Shown here: positions 36,704 to 48,775 of the stretch, piece after piece
Position numbering within the stretch: position 1 is the stretch's first letter
Layout of the letters: each line of letters opens with the position of its first letter
Notes under the pieces: model-generated
What the model was told of the DNA's origin: nothing
What the model saw: the letters and a program-made list of their open reading frames with translations, nothing else
Databases searched by the model: none
Assembly: GCF_001194135.2 (NCBI RefSeq)
Contig: NC_068985.1
Span: 7,856,808 to 7,920,807 of the forward strand
Direction: 5' to 3'
From: Octopus bimaculoides
Taxonomy: Eukaryota
DNA: 64,000 nt
Translations under genes and position numbers: made by a program

Positions 36704-37629
36704 TATTCCTTCCACTTTTACTTTTGAAGATTATCGATCCATCTTTATCATTGTAGTTAATCTCTTTTTGCAATGCTTCTAAAAGACAGGCTGTTTGCTT
36801 GTTAGTGCAATCATTTCATCTATCATGAACTTGCTTGCATCATAAAGTTGGTTTTAATAGCAATAATTGTTATAATATTTAGCTATTGTCTTGTCATAAA
36901 TATGCTATAAAACTGGAGATGAGATATAACAAGCTTTGGCAGTCTTTGATGAATGACTGTCATGGAGTATTTATGAATAAAATACTTCATATTTAAACAA
37001 GGGTTGTGTTTTGACATGCCACCTACAGTGCTGTCTGGTAGGTGGGCAATCTTTACGTGACCAGAGATGTGCTACATAGGCTGCCATTTCTCACTTTATT
37101 AGTGTGGTGAATTCACTGGCGGTGACTTATTCAAAGCATGGATAATGACATAGATGTTAAGCTTAAAGCTTAGCCATCACATGCGAGTATGATATGACCT
37201 GGTAGCTTGTACTATGTTTTGCTGAGTACCTTAGATACCTGTGTAATCGTAAGTGGGCAAGACATCCTCTTGGCCCTCCTACTTTTGATCTGGATGTAAC
37301 AGCCAGAGTAAGAGTGGGCTACACCAGTACTTGGCTGGTATCAATTTCTAGTTTAGTAGACTGGAGCAGTGTAAAATGATGTGCCTTGGTGGAGTACACA
37401 ATACATTGGCTGGTCTAGGAACTGAACCTATGATCATGAGCCCTACACTCTAACCACTAGGCCACTTTCCTTCACATGGATGCAAGGTGTATATTATGAT
37501 CAATGACAGACTGAAGGACAGTGGACTATGTAATTTAGTTCTGATCTCTGTGGTATCAAGTTATTCACTTTTACTTTTATCCTTCTGAAGTTAATTACAA
37601 AAGTGACCATGCACAAATCAGATGGGCTC

Positions 37630-37630
<1 letters not shown>

Positions 37631-37683
<53 letters not shown>

Positions 37684-37684
37684 G
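37631..37684. repeat. (ATT)n microsatellite, about 17 units
   Basis: Direct inspection; abuts the 3' end of the R4/Dong fragment. Confidence 0.95.
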
Positions 37685-37965
37685 GGCATGATGGAAAGTG
37701 TCAGCTGTCCACAGCCAGCAGACTAAGGCAACACTTGTTCACTGGTCATGCTTCAAGAACTCTGCGAAGAATTCCTGCAGTTCCAAGCAATGCTGGTTTT
37801 TGTAGGTGTTCTACCTTCACACTTGCACCGATCCTTTTCAACCATGTTGCTAGTTGAGTGCTGATACTTTCGAGTGCACCAATTACTCTTGGTATCACGT
37901 CTACTCTCTTCATTGACCACAACCTTCACACTTCGCACTTCTAAGAGCACTGTCAATTTACTGCT
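37685..37965 (-). mobile_element. R4/Dong-clade LINE C-terminal (restriction-like endonuclease) fragment and 3' UTR
   Basis: Minus strand VPRVIGALESISTQLATWLKRIGASVKVEHLQKPALLGTAGILRRVLEA*, matching the LQK-ALLGTA-ILR-VL ending typical of R4/Dong/Rex6. Confidence 0.8.
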
Positions 37966-38059
37966 TCTATCTTCCCTCTACTCTCTTTATATCAATAAAA
38001 TAATAATGATGATGATGATAGTCATCCTTTCTAGTGTAGGTACAAGACCTATAGTCGAT

Positions 38060-38636
38060 TTTATGATGGTTATGGAGTGTTCCTACCGGAGCACCACCGT
38101 GGATGCGAATAGCGTGCCTATCAGAGGGTACAGAAAGCGAATGTACAGTGAATGGAAGACAATGGAACTGTTTGAAATTACTGAACAGAGATTATGTGAC
38201 CAAGCAAGAGCAATACGAAAGAATGGCTAGTTAACAGAATTGGAGCTAGAAGCTATTAAAATAAGGGTATTGGGTGATGCTGGACATGTGAGAAATGAAA
38301 GTGATATAGTGGAAGAGATGGACAATTGTCCGCAAGAATATAATACTGTGAATTGTGAAAGAATGTTGCTTTGAAGTAATTGTGCATTATCTCATAGCCT
38401 TGAGATTTCAATGGGTGATGGTCTGGATGAAGACAGTGATGCATAGGGACGAGGACTGCTGTGTGAAGAAGTGCCACACTCTAACGGTGGAGGTAATCTG
38501 TGGAAGAAGTAGACCTATGAAGACATGGGATGAGGTGGTGAAGCACGTATCAAAGCTTAGGGTGGTATATAAAAAATGCTGGCATCATCAAAGCTGGAAA
38601 TTGTGTATCTAAAGAAAAATTCAAACAAGAAATGAA

Positions 38637-38690
<54 letters not shown>

Positions 38691-38835
38691 AAAAGCATGG
38701 AAGGAAAAGAAAATGTATAATCAGTTTGCAAGAGATGTGAATGTGAAGACAGGTACAGAGGACCAGTGGCTATGGATGAGGAGGAGTGACCTAAAGCACT
38801 CATATTTGCAGCTCAAGTACAAGTGTTAAGGACCA
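38060..38835 (+). mobile_element. R4/Dong-clade LINE fragments (N-terminal domain and post-RT region), interleaved with an RTE piece and a 50-nt poly(A)
   Basis: VMECSYRS...IRGYRKRMYSEW...[29 protein letters not shown] (38060-38290); KAWKEKKMYNQFARD...WLWMRRSDLK / LIFAAQVQVLR (38690-38835); RTE-like CHTLTVEVICGRSRPMKTWDEVVK (38470-38545); A50 at 38638-38687. Confidence 0.8.
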
Positions 38836-39365
38836 ATTATATGGGATGAGGTGGTGAAGCATGATCTTTGAATGTTGGGCCTCATGGAGGCAATGACAAG
38901 TGACCGACCTTTGGCGATATGCCATGTTTGAGAAAAGCCTGCCGAACTGAGATCGTAATCACGGCTGATGCCAGTGTCATGTAACTGGCATGTAAAAAGC
39001 ATTCCTTGAATGTTTGGCGATATGCTGTGCTTCAGAAAACCTATCAAGCCAAGTGAGACCGATGCTACTGCTGTGTGACTGGCACATGAAAAGCACTATT
39101 CAAACATTGGGCATCACAGAGGCAGTGACAGGTGACCGAGACCTTTGGTGATATACCGTGCTTGAGAAGACCTGTCAAGCCAAGCGAGATCATAGTCGTG
39201 GCATGTATCAAGCAACCACTACATTCTTGGAGCAGTTGGTGTTAGGAAGCGAATCTAACCATAGAAACCATGCCAAATCAGATTGGTACTTCGTGTAGCT
39301 CCCCAGCTTAATCAGTTTTCAGTCAAACCATCCAACCTATGCCAACATGGAAAACGGATAATAAT
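38836..39365 (+). mobile_element. RTE-clade LINE 3' end fragment
   Basis: tgggatgaggtggtgaagcatgatctttgaatgttgggcctcatggaggcaatgacaagtgaccgacctttggcgatat...; ends aacctatgccaacatggaaaacggataataatgatgat. Confidence 0.75.
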
Positions 39366-40249
39366 GATGATTGTTTATTATTAGAATGACATTGCAGGGT
39401 AGGTGTGAGAGGCTGGATCTGGCGACTTTGTACATAGAACAAATTGAATACTTTGGCTGGGTGTGGCTGGTTCAAATGCTAAAAGATTAATATCACGGAC
39501 ACTGTGCTCCATAAAGATGCTTGCCACAGCTGTGTTTCTTACCCTTTCAAATATTATACATGGTTTACAGTTGGTGATTGAACTTTTGTTTACAAAGTTT
39601 AGGCCATAAATTTTATTTTGTGATTTTTTTGTCATATTCTACCCCTTTCCTGCTACTTCTCCACTTTTCCCTGTAGATAGTATTCAATACATCTCCAACA
39701 TCATCTCTTTTCTCTCTCACCCTCACTGTCTCTCTGTATTTCTCTGACTCTCCTCCCCTTCTCCTAACCCTCTTTTATACTTTAACCTCTCACCTGGCTC
39801 ACAGCCACTTCCCTCTTTTCCACTCTCTCTCTCTCAGCTTAGAAGCCTTTGTCTTGCAAGCTATGTGGTGACCCCACTGGTGCTACATAAAAAGCACCCA
39901 GTACACATAAAGTAGTTTGTGCTAAGAGGGGCATCCAGCCATAGAACCCATGCCAAAACAGACAATTGGAGCCTGGTGTCGCTCCTGTCGAACCAGCATG
40001 GAGAATGGACATTAAATGCTGATGAGAATGATTCACCAGTTTGCTGAAGCTTCTAAAATCATGCATCTAAGTAATAAATATTTCTCTCATCCCAGTGTAT
40101 AGTGTTGATTAAGTAAAATTTTTCCAGCTTCAATTGAGTTTGCATCTAATAACAACTTAGTCTTAGTTTTCTATATAAATAATATTTGGTTTCTTTGATT
40201 TCATTGTAGCAATGAAATTTTCTAACTTTGTTTTGTTGTTTTGAAACAG

Positions 40250-40303
40250 GGAATTCGGTAATATTGTTCACGTGTTGGATCTACTTTTAATCCTGTGGCC
40301 AAG
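40250..40303 (+). other. Putative non-coding leader exon (54 nt)
   Basis: Acceptor ctttgttttgttgttttgaaacag| and donor AAG|GTAAAT. When spliced to 43044 it puts an in-frame TAA upstream of ATG 43056, consistent with 5' UTR. Confidence 0.55.
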
Positions 40304-41849
40304 GTAAATGTTTCTGTTTTTGAAAACTCTTATCTTTTGAACCATTCTTTTTTTCCTGTTTTCATCTTTTGGACACTTGAATCTGCTGAACATATTCATT
40401 AGAGTTCCACAAACCTTACTGCTAACTAGTATCCCATGATAGGTTGTTCATTAGATTTTGGGCCAGGATAGTCAACCTTTAATCACCTTTTTTACACAAC
40501 GTGATATTCTACTTACATAACGTGATATCTCTCTTACATAAAATAAATTGGTTTATTCAAAGTTGTCTTTCTTTCCATCGGTAGAAACTTTCTACACTGT
40601 TGTTAATCTATCTGGCTTTGGAGTTCAGAAATTTCCTTTACTGCCATGCATTTATGTGGAATATTTTAAAATTCTTTATTAAATATGACATCTTATCATT
40701 GTCTGAAGGCATTTTACTCTGTGTTTTAGTCCACCTAATTTTCTTTTCTTTCTGGTATCTCAAAATAAAAAGAGCAGTATTGTTTTTTAATGTTAATGGA
40801 TTTTGCTAAATTTCCTCTGATGATGGGAAGTTCTTAAGAGTTTTCACCAGATTATTTTCCAAACATGTTGTTCTGATGTAGTTTTGCATGCTAATAATGA
40901 AAGTCACATTCATTTTTTTTTCTAGAAATTGATAATAAAAAAAACGTTACATGCATCTAAATATATGTAATTTTAGCTAATTGAAGCCTTGATTGCCGAA
41001 TATAGCAAAAGTTGTGGCTGTTTGTTCACATGGGAACAGCACACATGAAACCATTGTATGATCTCTCGACCTGCTAGAAATAAGACAAATATTCCTTAAA
41101 CTACACCATAATATCTTGAGGACAAAGACGACGCATAGTGCCACATCTAAATTAAAGTCAATCTCAAAGGATGTAACTTTTTGTCAAATTCACAAAACTT
41201 AAAACACTTAGTAGGCTCCACAAATTGGTTTTAAACGTACTTCTCCTTATAAAATTGTAAACAAAGTGTAAAAGTAAAAGGTGGTGGTGGTGGTGGTGGT
41301 GGAGAGAGTTGGTTTTCAGTGTTGTTGTTAAATGAATTTGTAGTGTTGATGATGATGATGATGATGGTATTGATGCTATTCTTTCTCCACTGCAAAATCT
41401 TGTGAAACAATTTTACCATAAGGAAAGAGAAAGCACATTTAATATCGAACTGTGGGACCCAGTAAGTGTTTCAAGGGTTGTGAATTCAATAAAAGGTTAC
41501 ATCTGTGGAGATTGACTTTAATTTTGATGTTATTAACAACATTCAACAATTGGAAACCATTTGGGCCTGCCTCAAGCGAGAAAATAAGTGCTGCATGGCA
41601 CAATGTGCCATCCTTTTCTTTTTGTTTTTAGATGTTAGTGTATGGTTGTGATGTTCATAAGGAGAAAAGAACCATATATATAAACAAACATTCAAAGTGC
41701 ACACATGCTGTGTGTTTAGCTTCACCTGTTAGTTGGCAAATCTCCTCTCATGTTAAAAGAAAGGCACATTGGATAATAAAAGATCAGATGGTCAAACTTT
41801 GGGATCAGGGCTAGCCTATAGTTAAACTGTAATAACACACATGCAAGTA

Positions 41850-42878
41850 CTGTAAAAATCCATGTAATTTGCGTACCTGTGTAATTTACGCAGGTGATCT
41901 TCAGGATAAAATTTGTTAAAAAAAGCTTCTACTCATGTAAAATTTGCACCCAAAAGCTTTCAGAATTGCCGATATGGCCAGGGGAAAAAGGTTTTCAATT
42001 TAGTTGTATTTAGCATAATTTCCCTTACTTCTGATTAGATTTTATTAAATTTTCATTTAACAAAACTAATTTCTCTTTAACAGGTATTACATTGAAAGGT
42101 ATTAAATTACAAAGTATTTGTGTTGTTTATAATAAACTTTATTTTACATTTCTTGCCCACAAATTGTAATCACAGGAAAAGTTGTTAATTACCAACAAAA
42201 AACAAAGCTGATAAATACACACAGGTGTTGCAAATTAAGTTTAATTACCTATAAACATCAGCTTGGATGACACTTTACTCAACTGACAGAAGAAGGTGAT
42301 CAATCAAGCTGATTATGCAAACAGAATTATTTTCCGCCTATTCTTTTTGGAACCTTTGATATTGAGTTCCAAAATTTTAATCCCTTTCACAGTTACAAAA
42401 TGTCAAGCAAACTTCAAAATTTGTCATTACCATTATTGAGCAGAACTTGCAAATCATTTACTGCAAAGGAGAGATTAAATATGTGCTACATTGCGATAGG
42501 TAGAAACTCCAAGCAATGTAAAATATGGCCCGGACTGTGTTTGCCAGCATGAACGTCAGACTTCAAAAAGTAGTTGACCAGTTAATGGTTTTAGTAAATT
42601 TATACAGAAAAAGCAAGCATTATACCGTCCAGCATAAATAAAAGTCAACTTCATTATGTGTATTTAAGCCATTGTTTTTTCTGTAAAAACCTATTCTGAC
42701 ATTAAATGAGTCAACTTCTGGTATGAATGTTTGTTTCGCATGTCTTTTTTCCAAAGAAAATCTTTGAAAAAAAAAAAAAAAAAATTCTGGCAACTATCTA
42801 CTCGTGTAGTTTATGCATCCCTTAAAGTATATTTTTATTTTTGTGAAAAAAATGTGTAAATTACATGGGTTTTTACGG
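41850..42878 (+). mobile_element. pogo/Tigger-like MITE (1029 bp, TA TSD)
   Basis: TA|CTGTAAAAATCCATGTAATTT ... AAATTACATGGGTTTTTACGG|TA; homologous to 22046-23340. Confidence 0.9.
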
Positions 42879-43055
42879 TAACTGATTTTGATGTCCAGCC
42901 TAGAGTATTTGAAAATATATGTAAAATAAGTTGAGGAACTAAATGAACCAGACTGTAATTGCAGTAATAACTAAGCTACTATTAATTCATTGTTACTTGA
43001 TTTATATACACACATATATATTTTTCTTTCTTTCTTCCCACAGGACGCCAGTGCT

Positions 43056-43335
43056 ATGCCTGCCCAGTCCTCTGAGAATATAACTGCAGTTGAAGAGGCA
43101 GTGTTTTCTTCTGTGGCTGGCACGGACAAACTTCACCATAAGTTGGCATCACTCTCTCAAAAAGTTCTCTTCAGTAGTATTGAATTCCAGCCTGCTCGAA
43201 AGGCACTCAACCTTCAGCAAGATTCACTCAAATCCAAATATATAGTCTTGAATACTATTAGACCCGATAAAACCCTGGCGATTTCAGCTTCTGCATCTTC
43301 TAACAAAAATTCACAAACAGAGAATGAAGAAAATG
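43056..43335 (+). CDS. USP36: USP36-like deubiquitinase, coding exon 1 (exon starts 43044; ATG 43056)
   Basis: Acceptor ttcttcccacag|; MPAQSSEN...KLASLSQKVLFSSIEFQPARKALNLQQDSLKSKYIVLN matches the USP36 N-terminal IEF-PA/LKSKY-LN motif; donor G|GTAAGT, phase 1. Confidence 0.85.
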
Positions 43336-44267
43336 GTAAGTTTGGTGGTATTCTTTTTGGGTGTTATTTTTCTTTAAAGTTCATTTTCTTATAATTTTTC
43401 ATTGATAGAGTATAGAACAAAATGCTTTGCAATATTTATTGTTCTTTATTTAAGTTTAAAATTTTCTTTGGGTTTATTGTTTTGTCCTTCCTTAGTCTAT
43501 GAAATAATATCAAACATGCATTGATGTAATCAACTGGTCTTTTCTTCAAAATTGATGGCCTTATACCTATGTTAGAATTCATCATCATTTATATATTAAA
43601 AAAAAAAAAATCCTCTTTCATAATTTCTAATTCTTCCAGAAAGATGTTTTCATCGGCTGAGATAGAAATGTCTGTAAAGAACTTTTTTTTAGTCTTTCAT
43701 CCTTTCAAGGGTCAGTAAAATATCTCACAGTTAAGAACTGAGGTTAATGTAACAAACCATATCCTTCCCTAAATGAAGACGATGCTTTCTACTAGAAAGC
43801 ATCGTCATCATTTTTATGAAACTCATATATATGGAAGCCATATGGACCACAGATTGCAAGGGAAACTGATTTCCCTAAATGTCCCAGTGGCTTTCTGGAA
43901 GTTGTAGGCAATTTTGGAAAGCGGACATTAAATGATGATGATGATTAGAGCAGTGGAATGGCAGACTCTATACATGTTCTTTTACATTTTGATACCAGAT
44001 TTCTTTACCTCTTATCCTTCTGGAGTTGAATTTGTACTAATGAGAGGAAACCAGGCTTGATGTTTTACAAAGTATACAGCTGTGTTGAAACCATGTTAGG
44101 ATACCTTTTTTGCCTTCATTCAAATAAGTACCTGTATTATAGTAGTAACAGTTTGACTGTACACAACTTACAAGTCCATTATACTTCAGCCTAAGAAATT
44201 ATTATTGTTGTTTCTAAAAGAAAATACTTGGCAGAATATGTTCTTTATATTATATTTTTATTTTCAG

Positions 44268-44498
44268 ATACATCAACGATGAGTAATCAACGGGATGGTG
44301 ATGGTCTGCCAACTCCCAGGTATGTTATCTACCCTGCAGACAAACTTTGCCTTGACTGGTGGCCTCGTAAAGTGCAGAAAGTTGGTGCTGGCTTGCACAA
44401 CTTGGGCAATACGTGTTTCCTCAATGCAACACTGCAATGCCTGTCCTATACACCACCTCTAGTCAACCATTTACTTGGGGACGAACACACAAATAGCT
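44268..44498 (+). CDS. USP36: USP36 coding exon 2 (Cys box)
   Basis: [20 protein letters not shown]...[32 protein letters not shown]; catalytic Cys TGT 44414-16; AG/GT, phase 1-1. Confidence 0.97.
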
Positions 44499-44919
44499 GT
44501 AAGTAAACAATTTTTAGCTGAATTTATTCTTGTGGCTACTCTTTTCTTATCCATTTTTTCCCCAGTCTGTTTCCATTTACTTTTTCCTTAATTAACTTCT
44601 TCCACTTTATCGTTATCTACTCATTAACATTTTTCTGTCCCCTTTAACATTCCCTCCTTATTCATTTTCTCGTAGTTTGCTGTCCTTTTTCATCTCTTTC
44701 AGTTATTGTCTTTCCTTTTTGTTCTTATACACTTCTCCATTTCCCTATCTTCATCACTGTCCTTTATTTCCCTGTGTAACCTGTACGTCTTGCACTGTTG
44801 AGATAAAATGAAATGCTACTGAGATGAGAGATACACTGCTTGGGTGACAGACTCATAACTAACACAGGTAACAACCGTCCTCAGGAATATCTCTAAAGTC
44901 TTTATTTATTTTCTTACAG

Positions 44920-45030
44920 GCAAACAAGTAGGTTTCTGTATGATGTGTGAGCTTCAAACACACATACGACGCAGCTATGAAAATTCTGGCCATGCAATAA
45001 AACCTCAGTCTATTTTGCAAAAGTTGAAAG
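44920..45030 (+). CDS. USP36: USP36 coding exon 3
   Basis: CKQVGFCMMCELQTHIRRSYENSGHAIKPQSILQKLK; ttcttacag| ... G|GTATGT. Confidence 0.95.
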
Positions 45031-45513
45031 GTATGTTATGCAAAACATCTCTTTTACCTCTATTGTTTACTTAGTGTTAAGATTCTAGTTCTCTCTAATT
45101 ACCTAAAATATTCCATATTTTTACCTGAAAGTAAGACCTTGGTGAATCCAAGTTATGAAATAGTTTCACATCTCCAGTTTTAGTAGTCTTAAATCACTTT
45201 GATAACTGATGTCCTTCAGAAAAGCACAAGTAATTTACAATTTCATTTTCTCTTCATTACATGGTCTATGCTGAGGTAAGATAATTGGAATTATAGAACA
45301 TAATTTGTTGTGTATCCCCTTCCTTGTGTTTCTTTCCCCAAACGAGAGTGAGTTCAACTAAGTAAACTGGTATGTACATTATCTTTAGACATAAGCACAA
45401 GGCATTTTGTCCAATACCAACTTAGCACTGTCGAAGGTTTTATATTATGTATCAGTTAATGGTCCTTGATTTGTGTTACTATTTTATTAAATACTCTGTT
45501 GTCTCTTTTACAG

Positions 45514-45616
45514 TAATAGCTAAACATATGCACTTTGGTCGACAAGAAGATGCCCATGAATTCCTACGCTACTTGGTTGATGCTTTGCAAAAGTCCTGTC
45601 TGAATGGTTATTTAAA
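45514..45616 (+). CDS. USP36: USP36 coding exon 4 (QEDAHEF box)
   Basis: [35 protein letters not shown]; phase 1-2. Confidence 0.97.
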
Positions 45617-45972
45617 GTAATTTTCATTTTCTATTCCTTCTGTAAAAAAACAGCAGAAAAAACAACACTTCACACACTTACAACTTGCTTTTCTGTTTTT
45701 CAACATTGTTGACATTTATTTCTTTTGTTTATGAAAATTATTTCTGTCTGTGTCTGTGTAGTTTTGTATTCTTGAAGTTTAGTTTTCTGGTAGGTATCAC
45801 AAACATCAGTTGGCTTTCCCAGTTCTGTAACAGCCCAAAGCATATGCGTGAGGTAATGCTTTGTTCATATAAAGGCTTTTTTTTTTTTTTTGGGTTAAAG
45901 ATTTACAAGAAAGATTTTTCAGTTATGATGTGTATTCAAAGAAATGTTATTTGTGACCATTTTGCATTATAG

Positions 45973-46040
45973 GTTAGACAAGTACAGTAGAGAAACCACA
46001 GTAATCAATCAGATATTTGGAGGATTTCTGCGCAGTCAAG
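45973..46040 (+). CDS. USP36: USP36 coding exon 5
   Basis: LDKYSRETTVINQIFGGFLRSQ; ttatag| ... G|GTGAGT; phase 2-1. Confidence 0.97.
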
Positions 46041-46267
46041 GTGAGTAAAGCAGCTGTTAAGTTTTACTGTTTCACTTGTTATTAATTATTCATAGTAATT
46101 AAATAACTTAGCTTTATAGTTGCAAATAAATGAGAAACTCTTATGATTTTGGTTAGAAACGTTTTATTTCCCTGTGTTTAGATATTGCGAGTTATTTGTG
46201 ATCCAAATATATTTCCTTCTTTTATATGTAATGCTTGTTTACAACAAACTATTAATACAGATACAAG

Positions 46268-46600
46268 TATGGTTGCGTGGTGAGAAGCTTGTTTCCTAAT
46301 CACATGGTTCCAGGTTCAGTCCCACTGCGTGGCATCTCAAGCAAGTGTCTTCTGCTATAGCATCGAGCAGACCAAACCCTTGTAGTGGATTTTGTAGACA
46401 GAAACTGAAAGAAGCTTGTTGTATATGTATGTGTGTGTATGTGTGTGTCAATCTACCACTTGGCAACTGATGTTTGGTGTGGTTACATCTCCGTAACTTA
46501 GCAGTTCAGTGAAAGAGACTGATAGAATAAGTACCAGGCTTTAAAAAAGTACTGAGGTTGATTTATTCAACCAAAAAAAACTTCGAGGCAGTGCCCCAGG
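46268..46600 (+). mobile_element. tRNA-derived SINE (intronic, sense)
   Basis: ggttgcgtggtgagaagcttgtttcctaatcacatggttccaggttcagtcccactgcgtggcatctcaagcaagtgtcttctgctatagc. Confidence 0.85.
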
Positions 46601-46624
46601 GTGTATGCTTTTGTCCTCTGTGTG

Positions 46625-46662
<38 letters not shown>

Positions 46663-47262
46663 TGTAATTTTTATGTATAAATTATTTTTGTATGAGAACG
46701 GGAATAGTAAATGATTACTAATGAGCTACTGTTAATTACTACTTCTCTATTAGAAGGTGGTGGTCATAGATGATGTTTGGAAATTCTGTACCAGTTGGGC
46801 CGGGAAGAGCATACTGAATTATGTACCAGGTGATAGGGAAGGGACTTAACCTCCATGGCCAGTGCTTCAACACTGGAATTTATCCTACATAAAATCAGGC
46901 TTCAGCATATAAACTTTTTCTCTGTGTCCACTGATTGGCATTGATAGGATTTAAGGTCAAGGACAATTGGAGTTGGCACTGAAGGGACCTGGTCTGAATG
47001 CTTGCAATAGAGTTAACTCTGCTGAAGACATTCAAGGACTAGGTTTGACATGGGCAACCTTACTCAAGAAGTGGGCTGCATGAGACATGGCTCTACTTCA
47101 GGCAGGACACGCTACTATATTATGTTACTTGTGAAATTAGATGTGTCATTCTGAAAGTTCTTGCCAGCCTGTTTGCTCTTGACTGGTCTAGGTGGTCTAG
47201 GTCTGTTACAGTATATGTTGTGTATATATATATACACACACACACATACATACATGTTCATA

Positions 47263-47769
47263 NNNNNNNNNNNNNNNNNNNNNNNNNNNNNNNNNNNNNN
47301 NNNNNNNNNNNNNNNNNNNNNNNNNNNNNNNNNNNNNNNNNNNNNNNNNNNNNNNNNNNNNNNNNNNNNNNNNNNNNNNNNNNNNNNNNNNNNNNNNNNN
47401 NNNNNNNNNNNNNNNNNNNNNNNNNNNNNNNNNNNNNNNNNNNNNNNNNNNNNNNNNNNNNNNNNNNNNNNNNNNNNNNNNNNNNNNNNNNNNNNNNNNN
47501 NNNNNNNNNNNNNNNNNNNNNNNNNNNNNNNNNNNNNNNNNNNNNNNNNNNNNNNNNNNNNNNNNNNNNNNNNNNNNNNNNNNNNNNNNNNNNNNNNNNN
47601 NNNNNNNNNNNNNNNNNNNNNNNNNNNNNNNNNNNNNNNNNNNNNNNNNNNNNNNNNNNNNNNNNNNNNNNNNNNNNNNNNNNNNNNNNNNNNNNNNNNN
47701 NNNNNNNNNNNNNNNNNNNNNNNNNNNNNNNNNNNNNNNNNNNNNNNNNNNNNNNNNNNNNNNNNNNNN
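47263..47769. other. Assembly gap inside a USP36 intron
   Basis: Run of n. Exons on either side join as LRSQ|VQC, so no coding exon appears to be missing. Confidence 1.
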
Positions 47770-48104
47770 ATATATATATACATACATACATATACACACA
47801 CACACACACGCACACAAACATGATGGGGTGCTGAAAAGTTCCTAGTTTTAAGGGTATCACTCCTGGTTGGAGGCCAACCTTCCGAGTTCTTTTACAGGGA
47901 TTAGAAATTTTGAATAAAATCATTATTAACTGATCCTCCTGTTTTTTTCTTTTACCTAAAGCCAGGAATTTTTCAGTACTTCATTGTATATATTTGTGTG
48001 TGTATATGTATATGTATGTACTCATGCACACATTGTGGACATTAGAAAAAAAAATTTTTTCTTCATTTATAAATTCCTCTCCCTTTCTTCAAATTGTAAC
48101 TTAA

Positions 48105-48327
48105 CCCTTTTGTTACCATATTTCTGTTTAGATGCTCTGTGTTTCTTTCAATTAATTTTAAATATAACAAAGAATTCAGTAAAATAACTTAGTTATCATT
48201 AAGCTAGAATTAGGAATATAAATTGTGACTAAGGTTTAGTGGAAGATTTTAATTCAGAACTTTTGAAAACAAGATATTTGTACTACCGGAGCCAGAGGTG
48301 GTTTCAGCCAGGTTGGTATCAAAAAGG
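48105..48327. mobile_element. piggyBac-type MITE, second family
   Basis: TTAA|CCCTTTTGTTACCA ... TGGTATCAAAAAGG|TTAA. Confidence 0.75.
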
Positions 48328-48380
48328 TTAAATATCTGTTTTTGTCTTACTACTTTCACATTTATTTTTTTTTATTTTAG

Positions 48381-48451
48381 TTCAATGTATGCGATGTAAA
48401 GAGAAATCAAACACCTATGATCCATACCTGGATATCAGTTTAGATATAAAG
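48381..48451 (+). CDS. USP36: USP36 coding exon 6
   Basis: VQCMRCKEKSNTYDPYLDISLDIK; phase 1-0. Confidence 0.97.
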
Positions 48452-48692
48452 GTAACTACATACATATGTCTCTCTATTTATCTTTCAATTTGTGATTTTT
48501 TTTTTTGTTGCCATGTCTCTCCACCTCCTCTGTCGTGCCTTTTTCAATTGGAAATGTTCTCTCATTCACTCTGTCTCATTCCTCTTTTTCATCATATTTC
48601 TTGTTTTGTTTTTCCTCCTTCTGATTCCATCTGTATTTTTTCTTTCTATTCCCACTCTCTGTCTTTTCAACAATTCCTCTGTATTTTCACAG

Positions 48693-48775
48693 AATGTACC
48701 ATCTTTAGAACGAGCATTTGAGAAATATGTTACAGCTGAAGTTTTGGATCATGACAATTCCTACATGTGTACCAG
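48693..48775 (+). CDS. USP36: USP36 coding exon 7
   Basis: NVPSLERAFEKYVTAEVLDHDNSYMCTR; phase 0-2. Confidence 0.95.
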
